Source of the DNA: SAR324 cluster bacterium
GTDB taxonomy: Bacteria > SAR324 > XYD2-FULL-50-16 > HCM1
Assembly (NCBI GenBank): GCA_002995645.1
Contig: PUHO01000005.1
Coordinates: forward strand, 77,125 to 141,124
Direction of reading: 5' to 3'
Length of the DNA stretch: 64,000 nucleotides
The first letter of the stretch is position 1. Every line of letters begins with the position of its first letter. This document shows positions 9,960 through 20,221 of this stretch, one piece after another. Both the position numbers and the translations under genes were made by a program. Under the pieces are notes generated by a model. It saw only the letters and a list, made by a program, of their open reading frames with translations. It had not been told where the DNA came from and made no database searches.

Positions 9960-10385
9960 CTAGTTCCTTGTTCTAGGCGGCGGATAGGTAGCACAATATC
10001 CTTGTTCTAAAGCGGGAACAGTTGCGGTTTGGTCTTTATAGGCTTGGTCTTTAATTCTATTATACTGTTCGCAAATATTAATTCGTAAGCGCTGCGTTTG
10101 ATAAAAGAAGCGATATACGTGTTGAATACGATATTGTATATTATATAAGGACACAATAGCATTTTTATATAAATTAGCGGCATACTCTAAGTATTCTTTT
10201 TTCTTAGATTTTTGATAACTTCTATAATAGAGGTTCCCTTGATCCACTTGGTGTTGAATTTTATAAATCTCTTGTGCAAAAGGATAACTTCTATCATATT
10301 GTGGCAAAACGGCATATAGATTGGAAGCGTACGTACTTAATATAAACAATCCGCCAATAACAAGTATCACTTTATATTTATTCAT
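9960..10385 (-). CDS. Hypothetical secreted protein (Tyr/Gln-rich)
   Basis: N-terminal signal-like segment MNKYKVILVIGGLFILSTYASNLYA. I recognise no family. Confidence 0.45.
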   Translation of the reverse strand: MNKYKVILVIGGLFILSTYASNLYAVLPQYDRSYPFAQEIYKIQHQVDQGNLYYRSYQKSKKKEYLEYAANLYKNAIVSLYNIQYRIQHVYRFFYQTQRLRINICEQYNRIKDQAYKDQTATVPALEQGYCATYPPPRTRN

Positions 10386-10476
10386 ATTTTTATTCTAACA
10401 CGGCTATTTTTCTTTTTTAATCTACTTAAATAAGTTTAGACTATTATAATTAACATATTAAATTTTATAAACCAAG

Positions 10477-10749
10477 TTAGAAAGACTTTAATGTACTCGC
10501 TTCTTCAAAAGTCAGGTAACTTATTCGTTTATACAGTAAATCAGGATGAAACAACTCTACTTTCACATTTGTTTGTTGTTTATCCATTTTTAATTCACAC
10601 CCTTTTTCTAGATCATTTAAAATAGATAACAATAACTTAGCTGATTCTATTTGTGTTAATAAACCCGTTTTTTGCGTCCATTCTTCATAGTTTTTATTTC
10701 TTGAAAGCTTGTGATCTTGTATTAAAGTAACTAAATTTTTAAGATTCAT
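10477..10749 (-). CDS. Hypothetical protein
   Basis: A 90-aa ORF co-directional with its neighbours. No recognisable motif. Confidence 0.35.
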   Translation of the reverse strand: MNLKNLVTLIQDHKLSRNKNYEEWTQKTGLLTQIESAKLLLSILNDLEKGCELKMDKQQTNVKVELFHPDLLYKRISYLTFEEASTLKSF

Positions 10750-10832
10750 TTTATCTATAATTATATAAAATATAAAACCGGTTTTCTTTGCTAAGATAAG
10801 ATATATAATTTATTCAACTACTATACCTTAAC

Positions 10833-11744
10833 TTAGCTATTTAATACAAGAAAAAAATAAATTAATGCCATTCGTACAAAAACACCGTTTTCAGCTTGCT
10901 TAAAATATAACATTCTTGGATCGTTGTCTACGTCAACCGCTATTTCGCCGCAACGTGGCAACGGATGTAAAACAAAGGCATTCTTTTTTATAAGCGGTAA
11001 ACAACTTGTATCAAATTGATACGTATTTTGCACCGATTCATACATATTCATATCAGCAAACCTTTCTCTTTGAAAACGAGTCATATAAATACAATCTGAC
11101 TCAGCAATTGCCTTTTTGAAATCTACTTCATTCCGCCATTTTATTTGATGCTTTTCTAAAATAAAAAGAACGTCTTCACTCATTTTACATTGTGGCGGCG
11201 CAACAAAAATAATATTTGGCTTATAAAACTGGGCAAGTAAACAAGAAAGACTCCGAACTGTTCTGCCATGTAAAAGATCGCCTACCATGCAAATAGTAAA
11301 ATCATTCAGGTCAACACCTTGTTCATATATAGTAAACAAATCAAGTAACGCTTGGCTTGGATGCTCGCCTGCGCCGTCTCCTGCATTTAAAATAGGAATA
11401 GATGAAACAGACGCCGCTTTTTTAGCCGTACCTATTTCAAAATGACGTAAAGCAATAATATCACTATAATACGAAAGTACTTTGACCGTATCTTCTATAG
11501 TTTCTCCTTTGGTAGCTGACGAATCAGCTCTTGCGTCTTCTGTTGTAATGACACTTCCTCCAAGACGTAACATTGCCGATTCAAAAGAAAGCCTTGTTCT
11601 TGTGGAAGGTTCAAAGAAAATAGACGCTAATATTTTACCGGTTACCTTGCACTCTTGCGGTTTTTGTTTTATTCTTTGAGTCAAACTTAGCAAATTATCT
11701 AACCATTCTTTGGATAAACTTTGCGTATCTATAAGATGCTTCAT
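10833..11744 (-). CDS. pyrB: Aspartate carbamoyltransferase catalytic subunit
   Basis: Carbamoyl-phosphate site FFEPSTRTRLSFE, plus HPSQALLD and the HPLPR motif. Confidence 0.9.
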   Translation of the reverse strand: MKHLIDTQSLSKEWLDNLLSLTQRIKQKPQECKVTGKILASIFFEPSTRTRLSFESAMLRLGGSVITTEDARADSSATKGETIEDTVKVLSYYSDIIALRHFEIGTAKKAASVSSIPILNAGDGAGEHPSQALLDLFTIYEQGVDLNDFTICMVGDLLHGRTVRSLSCLLAQFYKPNIIFVAPPQCKMSEDVLFILEKHQIKWRNEVDFKKAIAESDCIYMTRFQRERFADMNMYESVQNTYQFDTSCLPLIKKNAFVLHPLPRCGEIAVDVDNDPRMLYFKQAENGVFVRMALIYFFLVLNS

Positions 11745-11879
11745 ACGTATGAAAATATTATATTATTATATTAATTAAAAAAGCTGCCTTATTTAGTTAA
11801 CTATTATACTGCTTTTTTCTTTTTTAATAAAGTACTATTATCACCTTATTTTTTAATACTAAATAAATCATTATTTTAT

Positions 11880-12722
11880 ATGAAAAATCAACAAACTACC
11901 TATTGGGAAATTTTCTTCTCTTGTCCAAATGCACTAGCTGAATTAGCGCAATTCTATTGTTTTGAAAACGGGGCGCTTGGTGTGGAAGAAATACAAACAA
12001 ACCACAACGTAATCTTGTATAAAGCTTTCTTTAAAGAAAAAACAGACCTTTCTTTTCTTCTTACGCTGCAAGACGTAATGATAGTAGAAGAAAAGGAAAA
12101 GCAAACGGAGAATTGGCAAGAAAATTGGAAACAACACTTTACGGCGTTATATATTAAAGACCGCTATTGCATTCATCCACCATGGGAAGCTAATGAAGAA
12201 AACTATAAAAACATAGTCATTATGCCGGGAATGGGTTTTGGTACCGGTTTTCATGAGACAACAAACTTAGCATTACAAAATCTGGCTTGGGTAAGTGACG
12301 AAACAAGTTTAAAAAACGTCTTAGATATCGGCGCTGGATCGGGGATTCTTTCTATTGCCGCACTACACGAAAAAGCAGACTTAGTAACCGCATTAGAAAT
12401 AGACGAAGACGCCTTACCGGAGATACAAAGTAACTGTAAGTTGTCCGGTTTTAACGAAGACACGATTGAAATACAACTTGGTAGCACAGACAGTATTACA
12501 AAAAAATATAATACTATTATAGCTAACATTACAGGCGACGTTTTACTGCAACTTGCCGCAAGCATACAGTCTTTACTTTTACCGCAAAGCTACCTTATTT
12601 TAAGCGGTATTACCCAAACCTATTTAGAAGATCTATACCAAGCTTTTGCAACGTACAAACATTGCCTTACAACGCAAGACGGTATGTGGCACAGTATCGT
12701 ATTTTATAAAACAGGTAATTAA
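11880..12722 (+). CDS. prmA: Ribosomal protein L11 methyltransferase
   Basis: PGMGFGTGFHETTNLAL followed by the SAM-binding VLDIGAGSGILSIAA. The length is typical for PrmA. Confidence 0.85.
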   Translation: MKNQQTTYWEIFFSCPNALAELAQFYCFENGALGVEEIQTNHNVILYKAFFKEKTDLSFLLTLQDVMIVEEKEKQTENWQENWKQHFTALYIKDRYCIHPPWEANEENYKNIVIMPGMGFGTGFHETTNLALQNLAWVSDETSLKNVLDIGAGSGILSIAALHEKADLVTALEIDEDALPEIQSNCKLSGFNEDTIEIQLGSTDSITKKYNTIIANITGDVLLQLAASIQSLLLPQSYLILSGITQTYLEDLYQAFATYKHCLTTQDGMWHSIVFYKTGN

Positions 12723-12735
12723 CTTAACTATATAA

Positions 12736-14766
12736 ATGAAACTGAATACCTATACTGGCACAAGCTATCCTTTTGGTTGTACGAAACAAAACGAATTATA
12801 CAATTTTAGTCTCTATAGCGCAAAATACTGGGAAGTTACGTTAGAGATTAATCATAAAGGAGAGAACTTTCTTTTCCCTTTAGATGTAAAGGAAAATAAA
12901 ACCGGCGATATATGGCATATTGCCATAGATGGATTAAGCGAACCTTTTTCTTATCGTTATCTTCTTAGCGGGACCTATGCCGAAAAAACCTATACTGCTA
13001 TTCCCGTTGCCGACCCCTATTCTCTTTTACTAGAATCAAATCAAAAAAACAGCCATTCTCCTTTTACAACTTCGCTTTGGAGTGTTTTTGAAACAAACAA
13101 TTTTAATTGGGAAGGCGACAAGCCGTTAAACTATCCTTTATCTGAATGTATTATTTATGAAATGCACGTGTCTTGTTTTACAAAAGACGATTCAAGTCAA
13201 GTAAGGCATAAAGGCACCTTCCAAGCTATAGAAGAAAAAATTCCATATCTACAAAAGCTAGGTATTACAAGTATAGAGTTAATGCCTGTTTTCTTTTTCA
13301 ATCCAACAAAGTGGCGACCTGATTCATCTAATAAAGATATAGTTGACATATGGGGCTACAATCCCTTACATTTTCATATGCCACATACGCCCTATAGTAC
13401 GGGAAAAGGACTTCAAGTAATACAAGAATTACAATCTTTAGTAAAAGCATTACATAAAGCTAAAATAGAAATTATTCTTGACGTTGTTTTTAATCACACC
13501 GGTGAATTCTTGGAAAAAGAGTACACAGGTTTAAACGCCTTAGCACAAGAAAGCTATTTTATTCTTGATAAAAACAAAGAACATACAAGCCATACCGGTT
13601 GTGGTAACACAATACAAGCAAACGATCCGCGGACAACAGAGCTACTTATACACGCGCTTCGCTATTGGGTTACAGAAATACATATAGACGGATTTCGTTT
13701 TGACCTTGCTTCAAGTTTAACAAGAAACGAATCCGGCAAACCCATGCCATTTCCGCCTTTCATAGAAGCAGCGGCAAAAGATCCTATATTAGCAAATACA
13801 AAATTAATAGCCGAACCTTGGGACGCTGGCAACTTAAGGCAAACCGGTCTCTTTCCCGCGTTTCATCGCTGGGCAGAATGGAATGATACGTATCGCGATA
13901 CAATACGTCAATTTATCTTAGGAACACAAGGCATACTCCCTTTAGTTGCTAATTGCTTATCTGGCAACGAAGGCATGTTTGCCCATTCGGCAAGGGACTC
14001 TTCTTTTTCTATTAACTTTATCACCTCTCACGACGGTTTTACATTATACGATCTTGTTTCCTATACAAATAAGCACAATGAAGCAAACGGAGAAAATAAC
14101 CAAGACGGAACAAATAATAATTATTCATATAATCATTCTATAGAAGGCGAAACAACCGACCTAAAAGTCCAAGCAATACGAAAAAAACAAATCGTTAATA
14201 TGGCGTGTCTTCTTTTGCTTAGTCTTGGTACGCCTATGATTCTATTTGGTGATGAAATCGCAAGAACACAAAAAGGAAATAACAATACTTGGAATCAAGA
14301 TTCAAAATTAACTTGGTTTCCATGGTATCAAATGGAAGAAAATAAAGACTTACTTTTATTTTGGCAAAAAATGATAGCTTTACGTAAGCAACGTAGTTAT
14401 TGGAAAGATCCTTCTTTTTTCACAGGAAAAAAACAAGGTATATATCATATAGAAGATATTTCATGGCATGGATTAAAGCCTTATACGCCTGATTTCACAA
14501 AAGGCAAACCTATGCTAGGCGTGTTATGGACACCAAGAGGCAAACAAGCAACAAAGAACGAACCTTGCCTTTATATGGCGTGTAATTTTGATATAAAAGA
14601 GCAAACCTTTACTCTTCCCGTGCTTCCTATGCCAGGCAAGTGGTATTGTATTTTACAAACAAACAAAATAGAAGACTTTATACAAAATAAAGAAATCGCC
14701 CATTTTACTGCGACTATTACAGTAGAAGAAAAAACAATTGTCTTACTTTACTATAAACCGGAGTAA
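12736..14766 (+). CDS. glgX: Glycogen debranching enzyme (GH13 isoamylase type)
   Basis: GH13 catalytic regions DVVFNHT, IDGFRFDLAS, EPWD and FITSHDGFTLYDLVSY. Confidence 0.9.
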   Translation: MKLNTYTGTSYPFGCTKQNELYNFSLYSAKYWEVTLEINHKGENFLFPLDVKENKTGDIWHIAIDGLSEPFSYRYLLSGTYAEKTYTAIPVADPYSLLLESNQKNSHSPFTTSLWSVFETNNFNWEGDKPLNYPLSECIIYEMHVSCFTKDDSSQVRHKGTFQAIEEKIPYLQKLGITSIELMPVFFFNPTKWRPDSSNKDIVDIWGYNPLHFHMPHTPYSTGKGLQVIQELQSLVKALHKAKIEIILDVVFNHTGEFLEKEYTGLNALAQESYFILDKNKEHTSHTGCGNTIQANDPRTTELLIHALRYWVTEIHIDGFRFDLASSLTRNESGKPMPFPPFIEAAAKDPILANTKLIAEPWDAGNLRQTGLFPAFHRWAEWNDTYRDTIRQFILGTQGILPLVANCLSGNEGMFAHSARDSSFSINFITSHDGFTLYDLVSYTNKHNEANGENNQDGTNNNYSYNHSIEGETTDLKVQAIRKKQIVNMACLLLLSLGTPMILFGDEIARTQKGNNNTWNQDSKLTWFPWYQMEENKDLLLFWQKMIALRKQRSYWKDPSFFTGKKQGIYHIEDISWHGLKPYTPDFTKGKPMLGVLWTPRGKQATKNEPCLYMACNFDIKEQTFTLPVLPMPGKWYCILQTNKIEDFIQNKEIAHFTATITVEEKTIVLLYYKPE

Positions 14767-14768
14767 GA

Positions 14769-14933
14769 CTATTTTTCTGTTGTGTCTTTACGTTTATCTA
14801 CTTTAAAATATTGCACTATATGAGCTAAAACAGACAGACTAAGAAAAGGACCCCATAATAAAGGCACAGTAAACAGAGCAATTACAATAATCAGCGCAAC
14901 AAAAGGAAGGCAAGCTAAAAGAATAGTATACAT
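14769..14933 (-). CDS. Possible 54-aa small membrane protein (below the ORF-track cutoff)
   Basis: Hand translation: MYTILLACLPFVALIIVIALFTVPLLWGPFLSLSVLAHIVQYFKVDKRKDTTEK, two hydrophobic stretches and a basic tail. No clear Shine-Dalgarno, so this is speculative. Confidence 0.25.
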   Translation of the reverse strand: MYTILLACLPFVALIIVIALFTVPLLWGPFLSLSVLAHIVQYFKVDKRKDTTEK

Positions 14934-15120
14934 AGATCTAAGAAAAAAAGTGTATTCATACTATAGTTTAATTTCACTTTACTACAAACTTAATTGTAAT
15001 AGCAATATTTTATTTAGTTTTTACATACTGTTTTATTGCAAAACAATGTATTTTTAGTTATAATTTTTTTTAATATTAAAATAAACCCACCTTATTTAAC
15101 CATTACTCCTTAATCAAATA

Positions 15121-15744
15121 ATGAATATAGCCTGTTTAGACCTAGAAGGTGTTTTACTTCCTGAAATATGGCAAGAAGTAGCTAAAGTAACAAATATAGA
15201 CGAATTAAAATTAACAACAAGAGATATACAAGACTATGACGAATTAATGCAATATCGTCTTAATTTATTAAAAAAACATAACCTTAGTTTATTAGATATA
15301 CAAAAAGTTATCCAAACGCTAGAACCGCTGCAAGGTGCCGAAGCTTTTCTTTCTTGGTTAACTTCACAAACGCAAGTTATTATTTTATCCGACACATTTA
15401 TTGAGTTTGTCCAACCTTTATTACCTAAACTAAACAACCCTACTATTTTTTGTCATAATCTAGAAGTGAACAAAGCTAATCAAATTACAGGCTACAAACT
15501 TCGTTTGCCCAATCATAAACAAAAAGCAGTGGAAGCTTTTCATTCTCTTAATTTCACAACAATCGCAACAGGCGATTCGTTTAATGATACTAATATGCTA
15601 CAATCTGCCCATTTTGGTATTTTCTTTTGTCCTTCGCAAAAAACGATAAATGCTTTTCCTTCCATTCCAATAGCTCATAACTATGATGAATTAAAGCAAG
15701 CTTTTGCAACGCAACTAGCATTACAAAATACATCTTCTATATAA
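15121..15744 (+). CDS. thrH: ThrH-like HAD phosphatase (phosphoserine phosphatase / homoserine phosphotransferase)
   Basis: MNIACLDLEGVLLPEIWQEVAKVTNIDELKLTTRDIQDYDELMQYRL closely follows the Pseudomonas ThrH N-terminus as I recall it (MEIACLDLEGVLVPEIW...TTRDIPDYDVLM). Later motifs: ILSDTF and GDSFNDTNML. Confidence 0.8.
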   Translation: MNIACLDLEGVLLPEIWQEVAKVTNIDELKLTTRDIQDYDELMQYRLNLLKKHNLSLLDIQKVIQTLEPLQGAEAFLSWLTSQTQVIILSDTFIEFVQPLLPKLNNPTIFCHNLEVNKANQITGYKLRLPNHKQKAVEAFHSLNFTTIATGDSFNDTNMLQSAHFGIFFCPSQKTINAFPSIPIAHNYDELKQAFATQLALQNTSSI

Positions 15745-15770
15745 ATATTATTTTACATTTTTCATAAAAT

Positions 15771-18700
15771 ATGACTCAACCTAGTTTTTTAGACTGTATT
15801 AAATCCTCTACGTTACTACTTGACGGAGCCATGGGCACTATGATTCAAAACTTGAATCTAACGGCGCAAGCCTATGGCGGTGAAAAGTTTGAAATGCTAG
15901 CTGATTTACTAAGCTTGTCTAGAAAAAAGGAAATAGAAGCAATTCACTATGCTTATTTTGAAGCTGGCGCTAATGCCGTAGAAACTAATACGTTTGGCGC
16001 TAACAAACTCAGACTAGAAGAGTTTGACTTTACGCAACTAGACGTAAGCAACTTCCCTAAAGAACTAGATACAAATGATATTCATTCTATTGTGTCTTTG
16101 CTTAACGTTCGTTCCGTTCAAATTGCAAAGCAAGCTTTAACAAAATATAAACAAACAAAAGAATATGACGGACGTCCTTTGTTTATATTAGGAAGTGTCG
16201 GTCCGTCTAATTATATTCTTTCTAGTACGCAAGCCGACTTAAAAAAGGCAACGTTTGCCCAAATAGAAGAAAACTTTTTTGAACAGACTCTAGCGTTAAC
16301 ACAAGCCGGCGCAGATGCTATTTTACTTGAAACACAACAAGACGCACTAGAATTGAAAGCCGCTATTTTTGGCGTAAAAAAAGCTTTTGAGGCAAGTAAT
16401 ATTACATTACCGATTATTGCGCAAGTAACGGTTAACGAGTTTGCTTGTATGCAACTTTTTAACACTGAGCTACTAGCTGCCATTACGACCGTTGCGTCTT
16501 TGCCTATTGATATGTTTGGCATTAACTGTTCTATTGGACCAAAACAAATGGTATCGTTTGTTAAATTGATTTCTGAATACTGTCCTATTCCCTTTTCTGT
16601 TATCCCTAATGCCGGCATGCCTAAACTAGAAAACGGACAAACTATATTTGACGTTCCAAAAGAAGAGTTTAGCGAAATTGTGGCAAGCTTTTCCACAAAA
16701 TACGGAGCTAGCCTTGTTGGCGGTTGTTGCGGAAGCTCGCCTGAGTATATACGTTTATTAGCTTTACAATTAAAAGACACAGTCAGAGCAGAACGTCATA
16801 TTAAAGAAACAGTGTTTGTTAGCGGTCCTCAATATGCTATTCCTTTAGATAGTACGGACAGCTTAATTCAAATTGGCGAACGACTGAATATACGCGGTTC
16901 CAAAAAAGTACGACTTGCCACAGAAAACGACGATGCAATCGACCATAGTGTACTTGAAGAAGTTATTCAAGAACAAATTAATGATTTAGGAATAAAAATC
17001 ATTGATGTTTGTATGGATTCGAATCAAATTGACACAACAAAAACACTCTGCTCAGTTATAGAAAATCAAACTTACGATTTTACCGGCGCTATGTGTATTG
17101 ATTCATTTGATATAGAAGCGTTAGCACAAGCCATTTCATACTATCCCGGACGTCCTATTATTAACTCTATTTCTTTAGAAGAAGCAAGCAAAGGCGTTTC
17201 TAAAATAGATGCTATTCTCCAAGAAACGGCGCAACACCAGCCTATATATATTGCCTTAACAACAGACGGAGAAGGTCCGGCAATAACAGCAAAAAAGAAA
17301 GTAGAACTAGCAGAACAAATTATTACAAAGGCAAAAGAATATCATATTAATCCTAATCAAATTTTAATTGACGTTAATGCGTTTCCTATTGGAACGGAAA
17401 CAGATCCTAACATGAACTTTGCCGTTGAATCACTTAACGCCATTGGTCCTATTAAAGCATTGGCAAAAGGCTTAAAAACAACAATCGGCATTGGCAATTT
17501 AACAAACGGTTTAGCCAAAAAACCGTATATGAGAAAAATTCTTACTTCTGTGTTTTTACACGAAGCAACGCAAAGAGGGCTAGACGCCGCCATCATTAAT
17601 CCTAATCATTATGCACCTGTAAGTAGCTTTGAACCAAACGACGTTACTTTAGCAAATAAAGTTATCTTTGAAAAAGATATGGACGCCTTTGCTGAACTAG
17701 AATCTATCGCATTAGCAAAAAAAGGAGTCAAGCTTACTAAGAAAAATACATATGAAGAGCTTTCTATAGAAGAAAGTATCCGCCAAAAAATCAAAGACGG
17801 ATATAAACATAAACAAGAAGGCGTTGTAGAATATAATAATAAACAATACAGCTACAGCGATTCTATTATTATCTCCGTTGTTTCTCTGCTTCATAAAGAT
17901 ATTAAACCGTTAGATATTATTAACGACCATTTAATGCTCGCTATGAACGAGCTAGGCGATGATTTTGCGCTTGGTAACGTTTCTTTACCGCATCTTCTTA
18001 AATCGGCGGATATAATGAAACAAATAATGTCTTTCCTAGAAGAGATTATGAAAGAAGGAAAGGATTCAAAACAAACAAAAAAAGCAAAAATTGTATTAGG
18101 AACTATGTACCAAGACGTACATAGTATAGGAAAAGACTTAGTTAAAACTTTATTTCAAAACTACGGATATGAAGTAATAGATTTAGGAGTACAAGTAGAA
18201 CCGGAAAGATTCGTACAAACGGCAATTAAAGAATCAGCCGATGCTATTGGCATGTCCGCTTTATTAGTACAAACTTCAAATCATATGACAAAAGTAGCGC
18301 AGCTATGTCGTGAAAATAATTTAAATATTCCTTTATTAATAGGCGGGGCACCGGTTAATCATAAACACGCCGCTTTTGTTAGCCGTGAACTTTCTGAAGA
18401 CAAAACAATTAATCCTCTTGTTTTTTATAGCGCTTCTGCCATGACTGGCGTAACTATTATGAATCAATTTTGTAATGAAACGACAAGAAAAAAGTTACTA
18501 GAAGCAAATAAAATAAAATTAGAATCAACACAACAAAGGAACACAAAGCAAAAAGAAAAAACAAGTCTATTACTTGAAAACTTGCCTAAAAGAACAGTAG
18601 ACACAACGTTGCTACCTAAAATTAAAATACAACTTCCATGGGAGCAAAACTATCAATTTAAACCGACTCAATTTATAGATTTCATTAATCGTAAAAATTT

Positions 18701-19331
18701 ATTTAGCCTCAATTGGCGATACGGTTCTCAAGCAACTAGAAAAAGCAGACAAATTACCGATGCGGAACTAGAAGAAAAACTACTTTCTTTACTAACGTTA
18801 GCAGAGCAAAAAAATTATTTTTCTATACAAGGTATTTGCGGGATCTTTCCTTGTCGTAAAGAAGGAAGTAGCCTTTTTATTTATAATGAAAAGACAAAAA
18901 AAGAAGAAGAAATACCGTTCTCTTATATTATTGGCGGCACAAAACAAGATATTTTTACAGTTGCCGACTATTTTGCAAAACAAGGATATATTGGCATACA
19001 ACTAGCGACTGCCGGCGACCTGACACAGGCAATTAAAGAACTAGAAGCCGATATGGAAACAGTTTGGTTACTACAAGGTTTAGCTAATCGTATAGCAGAA
19101 GATACGGCGAATTTTCTTACTAAGCAACTAGAAAAAACCTGCAATAGTAATCATGCTTTTTTGCGCTATTCTCCGGGATATCCATCTATGCCTAATTTAG
19201 AATATAATCACCTTATAGTTTCTATTTTTCAAAATCCAATCAACGTAGAAACAACGGAAGGCGGCGAATTCAATCCAACTTGTTCGACCGGGGCTTTTGT
19301 CAGTTTCCATCCTAACGCTAGCTATTCGTAA
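15771..19331 (+). CDS. metH: Cobalamin-dependent methionine synthase
   Basis: A 1186-aa protein with the usual modules: homocysteine-binding (LLDGAMGTMIQ ... GGCCGSSPEYI), pterin-binding, B12-binding (GTMYQDVHSIGKDLV) and a C-terminal activation domain. Confidence 0.95.
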   Translation: MTQPSFLDCIKSSTLLLDGAMGTMIQNLNLTAQAYGGEKFEMLADLLSLSRKKEIEAIHYAYFEAGANAVETNTFGANKLRLEEFDFTQLDVSNFPKELDTNDIHSIVSLLNVRSVQIAKQALTKYKQTKEYDGRPLFILGSVGPSNYILSSTQADLKKATFAQIEENFFEQTLALTQAGADAILLETQQDALELKAAIFGVKKAFEASNITLPIIAQVTVNEFACMQLFNTELLAAITTVASLPIDMFGINCSIGPKQMVSFVKLISEYCPIPFSVIPNAGMPKLENGQTIFDVPKEEFSEIVASFSTKYGASLVGGCCGSSPEYIRLLALQLKDTVRAERHIKETVFVSGPQYAIPLDSTDSLIQIGERLNIRGSKKVRLATENDDAIDHSVLEEVIQEQINDLGIKIIDVCMDSNQIDTTKTLCSVIENQTYDFTGAMCIDSFDIEALAQAISYYPGRPIINSISLEEASKGVSKIDAILQETAQHQPIYIALTTDGEGPAITAKKKVELAEQIITKAKEYHINPNQILIDVNAFPIGTETDPNMNFAVESLNAIGPIKALAKGLKTTIGIGNLTNGLAKKPYMRKILTSVFLHEATQRGLDAAIINPNHYAPVSSFEPNDVTLANKVIFEKDMDAFAELESIALAKKGVKLTKKNTYEELSIEESIRQKIKDGYKHKQEGVVEYNNKQYSYSDSIIISVVSLLHKDIKPLDIINDHLMLAMNELGDDFALGNVSLPHLLKSADIMKQIMSFLEEIMKEGKDSKQTKKAKIVLGTMYQDVHSIGKDLVKTLFQNYGYEVIDLGVQVEPERFVQTAIKESADAIGMSALLVQTSNHMTKVAQLCRENNLNIPLLIGGAPVNHKHAAFVSRELSEDKTINPLVFYSASAMTGVTIMNQFCNETTRKKLLEANKIKLESTQQRNTKQKEKTSLLLENLPKRTVDTTLLPKIKIQLPWEQNYQFKPTQFIDFINRKNLFSLNWRYGSQATRKSRQITDAELEEKLLSLLTLAEQKNYFSIQGICGIFPCRKEGSSLFIYNEKTKKEEEIPFSYIIGGTKQDIFTVADYFAKQGYIGIQLATAGDLTQAIKELEADMETVWLLQGLANRIAEDTANFLTKQLEKTCNSNHAFLRYSPGYPSMPNLEYNHLIVSIFQNPINVETTEGGEFNPTCSTGAFVSFHPNASYS

Positions 19332-19337
19332 GCTTTA

Positions 19338-19934
19338 TTATAGCGGGGGATTGCCCAAATAATGATCACGAAAATAATTTATTATCTCGTGTAACTGTTC
19401 TTGTATTGCTATGAGCTCTATATTAGAATCGTTCGCTTTATTTACTTTTATCTTTTGTGCAATTATCTTGCTTAAAGTCAAAAGTTGTTCGTTCTCTTTT
19501 TTTACACCAGAATACAAAGTTTGATATTGTCTTGTTAACAAACTACTTTGCGTTAAAGCAAAAATGCGACTACGTAAATTTGACCAATCAACAATAGGTT
19601 TAGCAATATAATGCATTGCTCCTTCCAAAAAAGCTTTATTTTTATTCGCCTGCTCTTGGTTACTTGTAATAAACATAAAATAAAACGCCGGGCTTGTAGG
19701 TTTATATAAATTCAACCTTTCTAATAGCTCAAAACCGTTAATAACGTCCGTTTTCAACTCAGAGAGAATAACTAAAGGCGCATATTTTTTAAATAATTGA
19801 AAACCTTCTTTAATTGTTTTTGCACTTAGTAGCGTAAAACCCCAATCTTGGAAATGAGATTGCATTACATCATGAAAGGCTTGATTTTCATCAAATAATA
19901 GTATATATTTAATATTATCTTGTAATTGATTCAT
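19338..19934 (-). CDS. Receiver-domain protein with Glu at the phospho-acceptor position
   Basis: CheY-like pattern: ILLFDEN (acidic pocket), LVILSELKTDVINGFELL aligning to DLVLLDLMLPGMDGFELL (D to E), FITSN (Thr) and YIAKP (Lys). The C-terminal roughly 70 aa are helical with no recognisable output domain. Confidence 0.6.
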   Translation of the reverse strand: MNQLQDNIKYILLFDENQAFHDVMQSHFQDWGFTLLSAKTIKEGFQLFKKYAPLVILSELKTDVINGFELLERLNLYKPTSPAFYFMFITSNQEQANKNKAFLEGAMHYIAKPIVDWSNLRSRIFALTQSSLLTRQYQTLYSGVKKENEQLLTLSKIIAQKIKVNKANDSNIELIAIQEQLHEIINYFRDHYLGNPPL

Positions 19935-20041
19935 TGATAAACTTAAAAATAATTTTTATATTGTTTTTGCATAATAATGCATTATATCATATTGTTTTAA
20001 CAAAGAGTTAAAAATTATTATAAAAAAAAGTAATTTTTTAT

Positions 20042-20070
20042 TTGACAAACGAAAATAAACAATATATTAT
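20042..20070 (+). promoter_or_regulatory. Sigma-70-type promoter for the tRNA cluster
   Basis: TTGACA (20042-20047), a 17-nt spacer, then TATTAT (20065-20070), about 42 nt upstream of tRNA-Ile. Confidence 0.5.
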
Positions 20071-20112
20071 CTAAAAATAAAGTAAAAAAACAATAGCACT
20101 TTATATCAAGTG

Positions 20113-20189
20113 GGGCCAGTAGCTCAGCTGGTTAGAGTACATCCCTGATAAGGATGGGGTCGGTGGTTCGAGTCCACCTTGGCCCACCA
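20113..20189 (+). tRNA. tRNA-Ile (anticodon GAU), CCA encoded
   Basis: Hand-folded cloverleaf. Acceptor GGGCCAG/TTGGCCC; anticodon stem CATCC/GGATG with loop CTGATAA; T-arm GGTGG-TTCGAGT-CCACC; ends ACCA. Confidence 0.95.
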
Positions 20190-20221
20190 TAAGGGGCTTT
20201 TGTTATTTAAGTTATGTTGTT

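Noticed and set aside
10770-10785. Palindrome AAAACCGGTTTT downstream of pyrB as a terminator
   Set aside because: A perfect palindrome with no loop cannot form a stable hairpin of useful length. It is probably coincidental or a protein-binding site I cannot assign.
16211-16780. 189-aa antisense ORF inside metH. Similar antisense or alternate-frame ORFs occur at 322..633, 1436..1753, 12251..12565, 34104..34484, 35001..35366, 38045..38353, 39868..40525, 47262..47552, 52283..52600 and 62426..62740
   Set aside because: All lie within strongly supported genes on the opposite strand or in another frame. They have low-complexity or Cys/Ser/Phe-rich compositions and no motifs. Such shadow ORFs are typical.
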